Below are positions 46,959-56,373 of a stretch of 64,000 nucleotides of DNA, piece after piece. The DNA is taken from NCBI GenBank assembly GCA_903872035.1, contig CAIQIZ010000028.1:24038-88037 (forward strand), written 5' to 3'. The stretch is from an uncultured bacterium. Its GTDB lineage: Bacteria; Patescibacteriota; Minisyncoccia; Phycocordibacterales; PALSA-1337. Position 1 is the stretch's first letter. Each line of letters starts with the position of its first letter. The position numbers and the translations under genes are program-made. Below the pieces are notes generated by a model. The model ran no database searches. It was not told where the DNA came from and saw only the letters and a list, made by a program, of their open reading frames with translations.

Positions 46959-47467
46959 TGAGTATTCACTGTAGAGTTTCATGTAAAAGTAAAATCGCCA
47001 GAGGCGAGTTCAGATAGAATCCCGCATGGCGATTTTTGAAACACGCGGAATCTAAAGAACTCTTGGGTCTGTTGACCCCTCAGACCCTAAATGTTTGGAT
47101 CTGATTTCATCCACACCATTCCTGATAATTAGACGCACAGACTAATTATTGTAGTAGGTGATAGTGTGCTCTGTCTTTTTTTTTAGGTGCTCTCTCGTTC
47201 GAGGAGCTATAATTTTTTGAGACAAGATGCACTATCATCCTTAGCAACGGAAGGATGATATTTTAAATTGATTCCGCAAGCTTCGTGACACTGAGTAGTG
47301 TGAAGCCTACCTGACCATATATGAATGAACTGTAGTTTATCTTGTCCGACTTTCTGTCGAACACCTCGGTGACAAACTGGTCTGCGACTATTGTATGTCT
47401 TATAAAGGACAATGTAAAGGTCATAACTGTGGATAACTCGAGAATAAGTATGTCCTATATAAATAAT

Positions 47468-48970
47468 CTATGAGACATAGTGTTTTGCCCTTATTTCTCC
47501 TAGCTCTTTTTGCTCTTCTTGTTCTTTCTTCTCCTTCCCTTTCTCTGCTATTTTTCTCAATTCAGCTTCCGGGAGAGCTAAAAATTCCTTAGTTCTTTGC
47601 ACTAAATAATCTTCTGTATTTAATTTCGGATCATCCAAAACTTCCTCCATTAACGCATTCAATATCACGCCTATCTTTGGACCCGGACTCATCTTACCAA
47701 CCTCCATAATTTTCTGTCCATCGATCTTCAGCATTTTTACCGATACTGGATCTCTAAGTGCTTCTTCAATCATAGATTTGTATTTCCTTAGTCGGTAAGG
47801 ATTTTCCTTAGGTCTGCCGGTTCCTATGCGGTCGCAAGCACGGAGGTTCATTAGGTCCCATATATTCTCTTTACCGACGTTTACGATCATTCTTCGGACG
47901 GCAGAAAGGCTAATTGTAGCCGTATCAGCGAAAAACATGTGCCAACGCACCAGTTTCGTCACTTTTTCTATTGTTCCACGTGAAAACTTGAGTTTTTCAA
48001 GGATTTTATGTGTTTCACGTGAACCAACTACTTCGTGGCCGTAGAACGTTGGTTGCTTTGTTTCGTGTGAAAACCCCTTCGTATTTGGCTTACCAACGTC
48101 ATGAAATAGGGCTGCTAGACGCATTTCAAGGCTAAAATCTTTGTCAGCAGCGTGCTGAACGGTTCTGAGGAGGTGTTCCCAGACGTCGAAAGCATGAGCA
48201 GATGGCTGCTTAACTCCCATACCAAGTTCTAATTCAGGGATAATGTATTGAAGTAGACCTGTACCGTGAAGCATTTCCAGGCCAGTTTTGGGGTTTGGCG
48301 ATAAAAGGATCTTTGTAAACTCATCACGAACTCGTTCTGCCGAGACGTCCTTTATGTGAGAATTAAGGCTCTGTATAGCCGTTAGAGTATCCTGATTACA
48401 CGTGAAACGTAGTTCAACAGCCAAACGAACGGCACGCATCATACGAAGTGCGTCCTCGTTAAAGCGGTCAGCTGGGTTCCCTACGGTTCTAATGATTTTG
48501 TCCTTTATATCCTGAAAGCCGCCAAATAGGTCGGTGATGTCCTTGATAGCTCCCTTAGACAAATTGACCGCAATGGCATTTATCGTAAAATCCCGCCTTT
48601 TCAGGTCATCTTCTAGAGATTTGCTGAATTTGACTTGATCTGGATGGCGTCGGTCAGAATAGCCTGATTCCAAGCGATAAGGGGTCACTTCTACGGCTTT
48701 GAGGGTCTCACCTTCAGTTTGCTCGTTTATGACTGCTACAGTGCCAAATTTGTTCTCGTAGACGGTTTTAGGAAAAAGTGACTGTATTTGCTCCGGCGTG
48801 GCATTTGTTGTTATGTCCCAGTCTCGAGGCTCCCTCCCTAGGAAGATGTCACGTACACAGCCACCAACTAGGTACGCTTCAAAACCACCCTTTTCCAGGG
48901 CTTCGACAATGTTGACAATTTCAGCAGGTATTACACTATTTTCGGCTTTTTTCACCTTATAATTGTACAA
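47468..48970 (-). CDS. cca: CCA-adding tRNA nucleotidyltransferase with HD domain
   Basis: N-terminal GGCVRD motif and HD phosphohydrolase domain. Confidence 0.85.
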   Translation of the reverse strand: MYNYKVKKAENSVIPAEIVNIVEALEKGGFEAYLVGGCVRDIFLGREPRDWDITTNATPEQIQSLFPKTVYENKFGTVAVINEQTEGETLKAVEVTPYRLESGYSDRRHPDQVKFSKSLEDDLKRRDFTINAIAVNLSKGAIKDITDLFGGFQDIKDKIIRTVGNPADRFNEDALRMMRAVRLAVELRFTCNQDTLTAIQSLNSHIKDVSAERVRDEFTKILLSPNPKTGLEMLHGTGLLQYIIPELELGMGVKQPSAHAFDVWEHLLRTVQHAADKDFSLEMRLAALFHDVGKPNTKGFSHETKQPTFYGHEVVGSRETHKILEKLKFSRGTIEKVTKLVRWHMFFADTATISLSAVRRMIVNVGKENIWDLMNLRACDRIGTGRPKENPYRLRKYKSMIEEALRDPVSVKMLKIDGQKIMEVGKMSPGPKIGVILNALMEEVLDDPKLNTEDYLVQRTKEFLALPEAELRKIAEKGKEKKEQEEQKELGEIRAKHYVS

Positions 48971-49042
48971 TAATTTGGGATTTTTGCCAGTTTGAGCTAG
49001 TATTACACAGCAGCTTGTTTGATGACGGTAATAGCAAATCAG

Positions 49043-49114
49043 GCGCCCGTAGTGAAATGGATATCACATCAGTCTTCGGAACTGACGTTGCAGGTTCGAG
49101 TCCTGCCGGGCGCA
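49043..49114 (+). tRNA. tRNA-Arg (anticodon TCG); CCA not encoded
   Basis: Manual cloverleaf: 7-bp acceptor stem, D-arm, anticodon loop CTTCGGA, T-loop TTCGAGT. Confidence 0.8.
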
Positions 49115-49231
49115 CAAATTAGTTAGAGATCCGTACGTCATAAGTCCATAGAATTATGCGTTAATTTAGGCAATTTCTAGGTCGTTTTTGTCGCTTGAAA
49201 GTGAACCATTGACGCAGTATAATACAAGTCT

Positions 49232-49918
49232 ATGAAAAAAGATAAGGAACAGGCCACGGTCTTGAGACAGTCCGGAATGAGCTATTCTGACATCAGAGAG
49301 CGAATGGCTGTGCCGCTAAGCACTTTGTCAAAATGGTTTCACGATCAAAAGTGGTCAAACGACATTGCGATGGAGTCTGCCAAGAGGGCAAGAAGCTCGG
49401 CAGCCATACGGTTGACAGTGCTTAATACCGTCAGGGGCAGTCGACTTCGAAAGATATATGATGATGCCAGTCAAGATGCTCTGATTGACTATTCTGAGTT
49501 GAAGTTTCACCCGCTGTTCATGGCCGGGGTCATGATGTATTGGAGTCATGGTGATAAGACATCGAAGCAACGAATCTCTTTATCGAGCACGGATCCGAAA
49601 GTTATATCGATATTCAAGCTATTCCTGGAAAAGGTCTGTTCTGTAACAAATATGCGGGTACAAGTTTTGATTAGTCGTGAATACAATAGGGAAGTCGAAA
49701 TTCGAGGTTATTGGCAGGAAAACTGTCGTTTGCAGCCACAAAATTTCATTAAAACTATACAGAGCAAACAAATTAAGCCAAAAAAGCAAAGTAATAAGCC
49801 ATATTTCGGTGTTTGCAATCTTATAGTGAATAGTGCATACTTGAAAAACAAAATTTTGAAATGGGTTGAATTGATGTCAGAAGAGATAGTTCAAGAAAAA
49901 TACTTGAGTACAGTTTAG
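49232..49918 (+). CDS. Hypothetical protein with N-terminal HTH, located between tRNA genes
   Basis: LRQSGMSYSDIRERMAVPLSTLSKW resembles a resolvase-type HTH. Leaderless: TTGAAA, 17-nt spacer, TATAAT, 8 nt, ATG. Confidence 0.45.
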   Translation: MKKDKEQATVLRQSGMSYSDIRERMAVPLSTLSKWFHDQKWSNDIAMESAKRARSSAAIRLTVLNTVRGSRLRKIYDDASQDALIDYSELKFHPLFMAGVMMYWSHGDKTSKQRISLSSTDPKVISIFKLFLEKVCSVTNMRVQVLISREYNREVEIRGYWQENCRLQPQNFIKTIQSKQIKPKKQSNKPYFGVCNLIVNSAYLKNKILKWVELMSEEIVQEKYLSTV

Positions 49919-49934
49919 GGAAAGGGAGTCTAAT

Positions 49935-50005
49935 GCGGGTATAGTTTAGTGGTAGAACGTATCGTTGCCAACGATAAGATGGGAGTCCGATTCTCCCTAC
50001 CCGCA
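49935..50005 (+). tRNA. tRNA-Gly (anticodon GCC); CCA not encoded; atypical T-loop TCCGATT
   Basis: Manual cloverleaf with perfect 7-bp acceptor stem and anticodon loop TTGCCAA. Confidence 0.75.
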
Positions 50006-50217
50006 CAGGAAGAAGGTGTTGCAGAACAATCATCGAAATTACGCATAGATCCATGTTTCAGGGACGATTTTTTGTTGTCTGTTAACAATGTCTCTGGAAA
50101 ATGGCTTACCACCGTAGATTAAAAGACAAACAGTGGATAAACCTGTGTACAGAGGTGATAAGAGACACGGAATATGGCTAACAATCGTTAATTTCTACTA
50201 ATTAATGACTTATTGAC

Positions 50218-50673
50218 ATGACTTTATCAACAAAAAGTGACCCAGATTATCAAAACGTTCGCGCTAGAAACAGACTAAAGGGAAACTTGGGTGAGAATAT
50301 AGCCTGTAAATACTTGATGGAAAGGGGATTTGATATTTCTGACAGGAATTATAGAAAACCATGGGGAGAATTGGACATTATTGCGGTCAAAGACAGTGTT
50401 ATTCATTTCGTTGAGGTAAAAAGTGTTGCAGTTAGGGGATTACCGTCGCTTAGATTAGAAAAGGGTTCAATTCATGATGGTTTGCCGGCTCATAGTCCCG
50501 AGGAAAATGTTCACGCTTTCAAATTGAAGCAAATCAGGAAGATGATAAGGACCTATTTTAGTGAGAGGGAGGTTGAATGCGAAAGAGAATTCCGGTTCCA
50601 TGTCATTTGCGTGTACCTAAATATGGATACTCGTTTGGCCCGCGTCCGCTGGATCGAAAATATTATTATATAA
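50218..50673 (+). CDS. YraN-family (UPF0102) endonuclease-like protein
   Basis: GENIACKYLMERGF...GELDIIAV pattern. Confidence 0.65.
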   Translation: MTLSTKSDPDYQNVRARNRLKGNLGENIACKYLMERGFDISDRNYRKPWGELDIIAVKDSVIHFVEVKSVAVRGLPSLRLEKGSIHDGLPAHSPEENVHAFKLKQIRKMIRTYFSEREVECEREFRFHVICVYLNMDTRLARVRWIENIII

Positions 50674-50755
50674 TTTTTGCCTTTTATGCTAGGATAGTTT
50701 CCATTGATGCTGGATTGCTGGTTGTTGTTAGCAGTAGGGGTCTGGTCTTTCAAAT

Positions 50756-50828
50756 CGGGGCGTGGTGTAACGGCTAACATGCCTCTTTTGGGAAGAGGTG
50801 ACTCCGGGTTCGAATCCCGGCGCCCCGA
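50756..50828 (+). tRNA. tRNA-Pro (anticodon TGG); CCA not encoded
   Basis: Perfect 7-bp acceptor stem, anticodon loop TTTGGGA, T-loop TTCGAAT. Confidence 0.8.
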
Positions 50829-50860
50829 CAAGCTTAGTGTGCTAAAATTACGAGAACATC

Positions 50861-51376
50861 ATGGTTCAAGATCCTGGAAATCCATATAAGAAAGTGATGA
50901 ATTTCTTTGATAAGTTTGAGGACCATGTTCGTGCTCGATTAAGCAGGTTTCCGATTCTCTATACATTTATTGGCGGCGTAGCCATTGTCTTGTTCTGGCG
51001 CGGTGTCTGGCATACGGCTGATATCTTGGAAGGACAGGGAGGGTGGCTCGGCTGGATATTCTATGAACCGATCAATTTGATCATTGTGGTCCTGATCCTG
51101 TTGGCGACTGGTCTCTTCGTCTCATACTTTATCGGAGACACGATTCTTATGAGTGGAATTAAGCAAGAAAAAAAGACGACTGATCGAACGGAGAAGGAGA
51201 TCAAGGAAGAGGAAGAAGAGATCAAAAAAGAGGATGCGGAAATCGCCAAGTTACGGACGAATATATCGGAAATGAAAACTGAGGTGGACGAAATCCGTGA
51301 TTTTGTCGAGCATGTCAGCAAAGAGCATTTAAAGCACGACAATAAGGCTGGAGAGAAAGGGAAGCTGTCAGAGTAG
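50861..51376 (+). CDS. Hypothetical membrane protein with coiled-coil C-terminus
   Basis: Two TM helices followed by a Glu/Lys-rich helix. Confidence 0.45.
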   Translation: MVQDPGNPYKKVMNFFDKFEDHVRARLSRFPILYTFIGGVAIVLFWRGVWHTADILEGQGGWLGWIFYEPINLIIVVLILLATGLFVSYFIGDTILMSGIKQEKKTTDRTEKEIKEEEEEIKKEDAEIAKLRTNISEMKTEVDEIRDFVEHVSKEHLKHDNKAGEKGKLSE

Positions 51377-51414
51377 TGAAATATCCTAACTTTTGCTAGT
51401 ATATCTCACACAAA

Positions 51415-51485
51415 GCGGGATTAGTTAAATGGTATAATAACAGTTTTCCAAACTGTGGTCGGGAGTTCGATTCTCCCATCCCGCA
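51415..51485 (+). tRNA. tRNA-Gly (anticodon TCC); CCA not encoded
   Basis: Acceptor GCGGGAT / ATCCCGC, anticodon loop TTTCCAA, T-loop TTCGATT. Confidence 0.8.
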
Positions 51486-51496
51486 CAAATTAAAAT

Positions 51497-52207
51497 CTAC
51501 ACATACTTCTCAAGCATCACATTGCCTTTGTCATCGATAGCGGCGAATGTTGAAGGTGTATGCGTCCAACAGCCTACATTCACGTAGTGGATGTGTGAAT
51601 CACCGTCATTGTGGATCTTTTCCATAGGCACGTGCGTATGGCCACAGAAAACGATCTCAGCATCTTGGGTCTTGGCATAAGCGATCGCACCGGTAGAGAC
51701 CTTCTTGGAAAGGCGTCGCAGGAACGCGTTAGATCTGTCCACGTACTTGATGAGATGCTGACCTTTTGGATCTAGACGTTGAAGATAGAGGAAGAATGAA
51801 TGGGCCATAGCATTGGTGCGGCTGTTGCTCTCGATGAAACCGTCGAATTGGTCGCCATGAACGGCTAGAAACTTCTTGTGGTTGTGTTCCCAGGCATAAT
51901 GTTCGTGTACAGGTATGCCGATTAGCTTCTTAACCGATCCTCTCATCTTGCGGTCGTGATTGCCTGAAATCCAGATGACCTCACAGCCGCTCTCGGGAGC
52001 TGCCAGTTTACGGATCATTTCCATAAATGATAGGTGGTCCTTATCAAGATGGTCAAAGGCGGAATTGTCTATGATATCTCCAAGAAGGATCAGCCGCTTG
52101 AATTTGTGCTGTTTGAGCAGGGAAGCGATCTGGCGGGCCTTGCCGACAGGAGATCCGAGGTGTGTATCAGACAGGATAAGTGTGTCGATTTTTGTATGGG
52201 GTGACAT
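51497..52207 (-). CDS. Calcineurin-like metallophosphoesterase
   Basis: LILSDTHLG, GDIID and GNHD motifs. Confidence 0.7.
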   Translation of the reverse strand: MSPHTKIDTLILSDTHLGSPVGKARQIASLLKQHKFKRLILLGDIIDNSAFDHLDKDHLSFMEMIRKLAAPESGCEVIWISGNHDRKMRGSVKKLIGIPVHEHYAWEHNHKKFLAVHGDQFDGFIESNSRTNAMAHSFFLYLQRLDPKGQHLIKYVDRSNAFLRRLSKKVSTGAIAYAKTQDAEIVFCGHTHVPMEKIHNDGDSHIHYVNVGCWTHTPSTFAAIDDKGNVMLEKYV

Positions 52208-52250
52208 AAGGGTTGTTATAGCCTTCGCCTCGGTCTAGTTTGGTATTGGC

Positions 52251-52334
52251 TAGTATAGCGGCAAGCGAGGATTTGTGGAAGCTTGCTTCCACAAGATCCG
52301 AGCGCAGACGACGTATGAGCGAAGCGATTATAGC
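52251..52334 (-). promoter_or_regulatory. Family-2 gene-upstream module upstream of the metallophosphoesterase gene
   Basis: Shares both conserved boxes and the ATTTGTGGAAGC hairpin arm with the copy at 26392. The -10 is TATACT, 44 nt before the ATG. Confidence 0.5.
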
Positions 52335-52346
52335 AAAAATGCCAAC

Positions 52347-52396
52347 AAAAAACCGCCTTTATGTGATTCAGTAGAATCGCTTATGGCGGCCTTTTG
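52347..52396 (-). terminator. Candidate rho-independent terminator of hup
   Basis: GC stem GGCCGCC...GGCGG followed by TTTTTT on the minus strand. Confidence 0.35.
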
Positions 52397-52444
52397 CTCG
52401 ATAGCAACAGCAGGAGTGCTGTTGTGTAAAATACACTAAAACTA

Positions 52445-52717
52445 CTATTTAACTGCGTCCTTGAGGGCCTTTGCGGCGCGGAACTTCGGAACCTTCATAG
52501 CCGGAACCTTGATGGCTTCGCCGGTGCGAGGATTGCGAGCTTCACGGGCAGCACGCTGCTTGACTGAGAAGATACCGAGACCGGCAATTGAGACCTCATC
52601 GCCCTTCTTGAGCGAGTCGATGATGCTGTTAATGGCTGTCTCGACCGCTTGCTCGGCTTGAACCTTGGTTCCTCCGAGAACTGCATGAACTGCGTCTACG
52701 ATTCCTGCTTTGTTCAT
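52445..52717 (-). CDS. hup: HU-family nucleoid protein
   Basis: 90 aa; typical HU sequence with RNPRTGE arm. Confidence 0.85.
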   Translation of the reverse strand: MNKAGIVDAVHAVLGGTKVQAEQAVETAINSIIDSLKKGDEVSIAGLGIFSVKQRAAREARNPRTGEAIKVPAMKVPKFRAAKALKDAVK

Positions 52718-52906
52718 AGTTATATTATTAGTCTATTAAGTGGTCTCGCCCGCCCGCACGCCACTGACGGCGGTCGGATGAGTTACGTACCATGGCTCAT
52801 ATTATACGTTAAGCCGTATTTTAGGCAATGGGGGAGTAAAGGTTGACGATATACAAGAAATAAGGCCGAATTGACGGCCTATTTCTGTGAATTGACTAGA
52901 AGAAGC

Positions 52907-53158
52907 CTACGAAATATGTTTGGAGATGGCTCCTGCCATTTTCATCATGTTTATCGGCTCATTACCGAGGACCTTGGCCAATTTTTCGTCAGGTTTGATC
53001 ATACGCTTGTCCTTGGAGTCCTGAAGATTGTTTGCCTTGATGTATACCCAGATCTTGGAAACGACCTCAGTTCTGGCCATTGGACCAGGACCGACTACCG
53101 CCGCCAGCTCTGGACTGACATTCTTGGGCTTCATGAATGCACTGTTTTCTTTTGCCAT
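52907..53158 (-). CDS. SWIB/MDM2-domain protein
   Basis: 83 aa; pattern SPELAAVVG...MARTEVVSKIWVYIKANNLQD...KPDEKLAKVLG typical of the SWIB domain. Confidence 0.55.
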   Translation of the reverse strand: MAKENSAFMKPKNVSPELAAVVGPGPMARTEVVSKIWVYIKANNLQDSKDKRMIKPDEKLAKVLGNEPINMMKMAGAISKHIS

Positions 53159-53167
53159 GTGATTGTT

Positions 53168-53255
53168 GTTAACTATTAATCGTAGTGGCTAATAGTAGCA
53201 CAGATTATGACGATGAGCTTTGAGCTGTTGTATTAATAGTTAACTTATGTTAACC
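53168..53255. promoter_or_regulatory. Pair of 13-bp inverted-repeat operators upstream of the HTH-Doc operon
   Basis: GTTAACTATTAAT at 53168-53180 and its exact reverse complement ATTAATAGTTAAC at 53232-53244, plus a third GTTAAC at 53250. Confidence 0.4.
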
Positions 53256-53263
53256 TTTAAAGC

Positions 53264-53527
53264 ATGAATAATATAGAAAACAAGCCATATTACTCAACAG
53301 TCGAGGCGGCCAAGATTCTCGGAATGAGCAGGATCGCCGTATTCAAAAAGATCCGATCCGGCCAGCTAAAGAGCGAGCGTTTTGGACGTAATTACCTTAT
53401 CCCTCAAGATTCTTTAGCTTACAGTGCAGGTTTTTTGACTGCACTTAGGCGGAAGGAGTTGGATTCAGATGTTCGACGAATCATCAAGCAATATGGAGAC
53501 GCGCTAAGGAGGCTTTCTAAGGAATAG
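53264..53527 (+). CDS. Excisionase/MerR-type HTH DNA-binding protein; putative antitoxin
   Basis: YSTVEAAKILGMSRIAVFKKIRSGQL HTH; 4 nt upstream of doc. Confidence 0.55.
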   Translation: MNNIENKPYYSTVEAAKILGMSRIAVFKKIRSGQLKSERFGRNYLIPQDSLAYSAGFLTALRRKELDSDVRRIIKQYGDALRRLSKE

Positions 53528-53530
53528 GTC

Positions 53531-53944
53531 ATGAAGATCAAGCGTTTATCGATCGAAGATGTCGAGTTCATTGCGCATACATATGCCCAAACCTATTCTG
53601 ATTGGCATGAACCGATTCCAAGCTTCAAAGCTCGTTACGTGGGCGTGCTTGAACGGTGCTTGGCTGCGCCGCACCAGACATTTGAAGGTCAGCTATATGG
53701 CGGTCTAGTCAAGAAAGCGGCCATCTTGTTCTATCTCATGATAAAGAATCATCCTTTTCATGACGGAAACAAGAGACTGGCCTTGATCGCACTGCTTGTT
53801 TTTCTAGTCCGAAATGGAAAATGGCTAAATGCCAGCAATGATGAGCTCTATTTGCTAGCAATATCTATTGCCGGTAGTGAGGCCAAATCAAAAAGCTCGA
53901 CTGTGAAAGCAATCGAGCGATTTTTGAGGAAACATGTCTCTTGA
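53531..53944 (+). CDS. doc: Doc-family (Fic fold) toxin
   Basis: Motif HPFHDGNKRLA matches the Doc-type HxFx(D/N)GNKR. Confidence 0.8.
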   Translation: MKIKRLSIEDVEFIAHTYAQTYSDWHEPIPSFKARYVGVLERCLAAPHQTFEGQLYGGLVKKAAILFYLMIKNHPFHDGNKRLALIALLVFLVRNGKWLNASNDELYLLAISIAGSEAKSKSSTVKAIERFLRKHVS

Positions 53945-54055
53945 GGATTACCTCTTTATGCTATTAAAACAAAAATCCGCCTCGCGACGAATTTTCGTGC
54001 GAAGCGGAGGGGCAAGGTTCGCCCGGCTTACGTAGTTATCGAGTAGTGGTGCCGG

Positions 54056-54436
54056 TCAGTCTGGTTTTGGCACCATCGCCTTCACGTATCGCTCGCAGGC
54101 ATGGGTATATGTGATGCCCTCGTTTTGGTGAATAACCCTAAAGACAGATTGCGCGAGGTCTTGGATAGTACGGTCCTGGGTCATTACGTCCATTGGCCTT
54201 CTGAACCCGATCCTCTTTGGTGTTGTCACCGTAATGACGCATGTCACGTCGTTCGTTAATACGATGATGTCGCCAGGTTTTGTGCCAGCTAACTCGAGCG
54301 CGTGGTACTCGTCAATCTTTGATTGGGGCAACGGTTTAGAGTTGCAGCCAACGAGGATTAGGGCAACGGTGACGAGTAGAATCTGTAATGCAATTTTCAT
54401 AATTTTTCCTTTCAGTCGTTTCTTTGGGGCTGCCAT
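54056..54436 (-). CDS. Hypothetical lipoprotein
   Basis: Signal peptide with lipobox LVGC. Confidence 0.45.
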   Translation of the reverse strand: MAAPKKRLKGKIMKIALQILLVTVALILVGCNSKPLPQSKIDEYHALELAGTKPGDIIVLTNDVTCVITVTTPKRIGFRRPMDVMTQDRTIQDLAQSVFRVIHQNEGITYTHACERYVKAMVPKPD

Positions 54437-54637
54437 TCATTGGCAGGGCGTATGCTATTTAGCCGAACCCACTTCAAATTACTGCGTATATTATAGCACA
54501 GTCAGTGCTTAATAGTCAAGCAAAATGGCAAAAAAGGCCTCATTACAAGGCCAATTTGCGAATCTTACGAGGTTTAACCTAAAACATTGTTAGTAGGTTA
54601 AACCTAAATCTGCTGTTTTAGGTCTGACCTATGTAGC

Positions 54638-56167
54638 CTACCTCGCAAACTCCATAGTTCTAGTCTCGCGAATGACGATAACCTTTATTTCACCAGGATA
54701 TTTGAGGTCCTTCTCGATTTTTACCGCGATGTTGCGAGCCAATTCTTTGGCTTCAACGTCAGTGATCACGTCAGGTTTGACGAAGACGCGGATCTCGCGG
54801 CCAGCTTGAAGGGCATAAGACTTCTCGATGCCAGGGAAGGAATTGGCGGTAGCTTCAAGGTCGCCGAGGCGCTTCAGGTAATTCTCGATATTGTCGCGGC
54901 GAGCACCAGGACGAGCGCCGGAAATGGCGTCGGCAGTCTGAACGATACGGGATTCGACGGTTTCGTAAGGATACTCCTCATGATGTGATTGCATAGCCTT
55001 CACTATATCTTCGGAAGCACCGAACTTTTGCAGAATACGACGACCGATCTCAACGTGAGTACCGGCAACTTCATGATCTAGAGCTTTGCCGAGATCGTGT
55101 AGAAGGGCACCGGCTTTGGCTACTTGGACGTTGGCTCCCAATTCTTCAGCGATCATTCCAGCGATATGGGCCATTTCAATTGAGTGTTGGAGGACATTCT
55201 GGCCGAAGCTGGTGCGGAAATGTAGGCGACCGAGAATGAGGAGAATACGTGGATCGAGACCGATGATGCCACATTCGTAAGCGGCAGCCTCACCCTTTTC
55301 TTTTATGGTCTTGTTGATATCTTGTTTGGCTTTTTCTACGACCTGCTCGATCTTGGCGGGCTGTATGCGGCCATCTTTGATGAGCTCAAGCAATGCCAGG
55401 CGAGCCACATGACGTCTCACTGGATCAAATGAGGAAATCGTGATTGCGCCAGGTGTATCGTCCACCATGACTTCAACGCCAGTTATGCGTTCGAAGGCTT
55501 TGATATTTCGGCCTTCCTTGCCGATGATTTTTCCTTTAACATCATCACTAGGGATTTCCACGATAGTAGACATGACGTCCTGAGAAACAGACGAAGCTAG
55601 GCGCTGGATAGAGGTGGAAAGGATATCCTGAGCTTTTCTCTGAAGCATCTCCTCGCCGTGAGTTTCCAGCTTATTCATAAGCACCAAGAAGTCTTCCTCA
55701 CTCTGCTTTTCTATGAGTTTGATCAGTTGACCCTTGGCCTCCTCGGCGGAAAGCTTGGATATCTTCTCGAGCTCCTTTTTGCGGTCTTCTTCGAGTTTAT
55801 CGGCCTTTTCTCGGATAGCCTTGATCTCGACGACGCGCATCTTTATGAGCTCGACTTCCTTGTCGAGGTCTGATTGGCGTTTGTCTATGAGATCTTCACG
55901 TTTTACCAAGCGTTCTTCAGCTTGGCGATTTTTCTCCTCTTTTTCCCTTATCTCTTTTCTAGCTTGTTCGGCGATTTGACCTGTTTTGGCCTCGGCATCA
56001 GCGGTGATCTTCTTGGCCTCTTCTTTGGCAGCCAGAAGCATCTCCTTGATCTCGAGCTCCATTGAACCCTTCTTGCCAAGGGAAATGATCAATCTTAGGT
56101 AATAACCAATGGCGACGCCGACGACGCCGGCGATGGCCAGGAATAACGCGACTAATTTTAATGACAT
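54638..56167 (-). CDS. rny: Ribonuclease Y
   Basis: N-terminal TM helix, coiled-coil, KH domain and HD domain (HDLGK). Confidence 0.85.
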   Translation of the reverse strand: MSLKLVALFLAIAGVVGVAIGYYLRLIISLGKKGSMELEIKEMLLAAKEEAKKITADAEAKTGQIAEQARKEIREKEEKNRQAEERLVKREDLIDKRQSDLDKEVELIKMRVVEIKAIREKADKLEEDRKKELEKISKLSAEEAKGQLIKLIEKQSEEDFLVLMNKLETHGEEMLQRKAQDILSTSIQRLASSVSQDVMSTIVEIPSDDVKGKIIGKEGRNIKAFERITGVEVMVDDTPGAITISSFDPVRRHVARLALLELIKDGRIQPAKIEQVVEKAKQDINKTIKEKGEAAAYECGIIGLDPRILLILGRLHFRTSFGQNVLQHSIEMAHIAGMIAEELGANVQVAKAGALLHDLGKALDHEVAGTHVEIGRRILQKFGASEDIVKAMQSHHEEYPYETVESRIVQTADAISGARPGARRDNIENYLKRLGDLEATANSFPGIEKSYALQAGREIRVFVKPDVITDVEAKELARNIAVKIEKDLKYPGEIKVIVIRETRTMEFAR

Positions 56168-56373
56168 ATGCGGATGGACCCGCCTTTCCGACTATGGAGA
56201 TATGAACGTATGAGACGCTCTCTTTAAGATTCGAGGCTCTTTTCGGCCGTGAATGGCAATGGGACTGATTTTATAAAGAAGTTTCATAAGTAGGCTATCG
56301 CGATTGATCAGAAAAACGGAATCGAAATTAAATGGTTAACATTGGTAGCATACAATAGATGTGTGGGGGAGTG

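Noticed and set aside
49232-49918. Possible LAGLIDADG homing-endonuclease motif (MAGVMMYWSHGDK) in the tRNA-flanked HTH protein
   Set aside because: The alignment to LAGLIDADG is poor and no second motif is found. Kept only as an HTH hypothetical.
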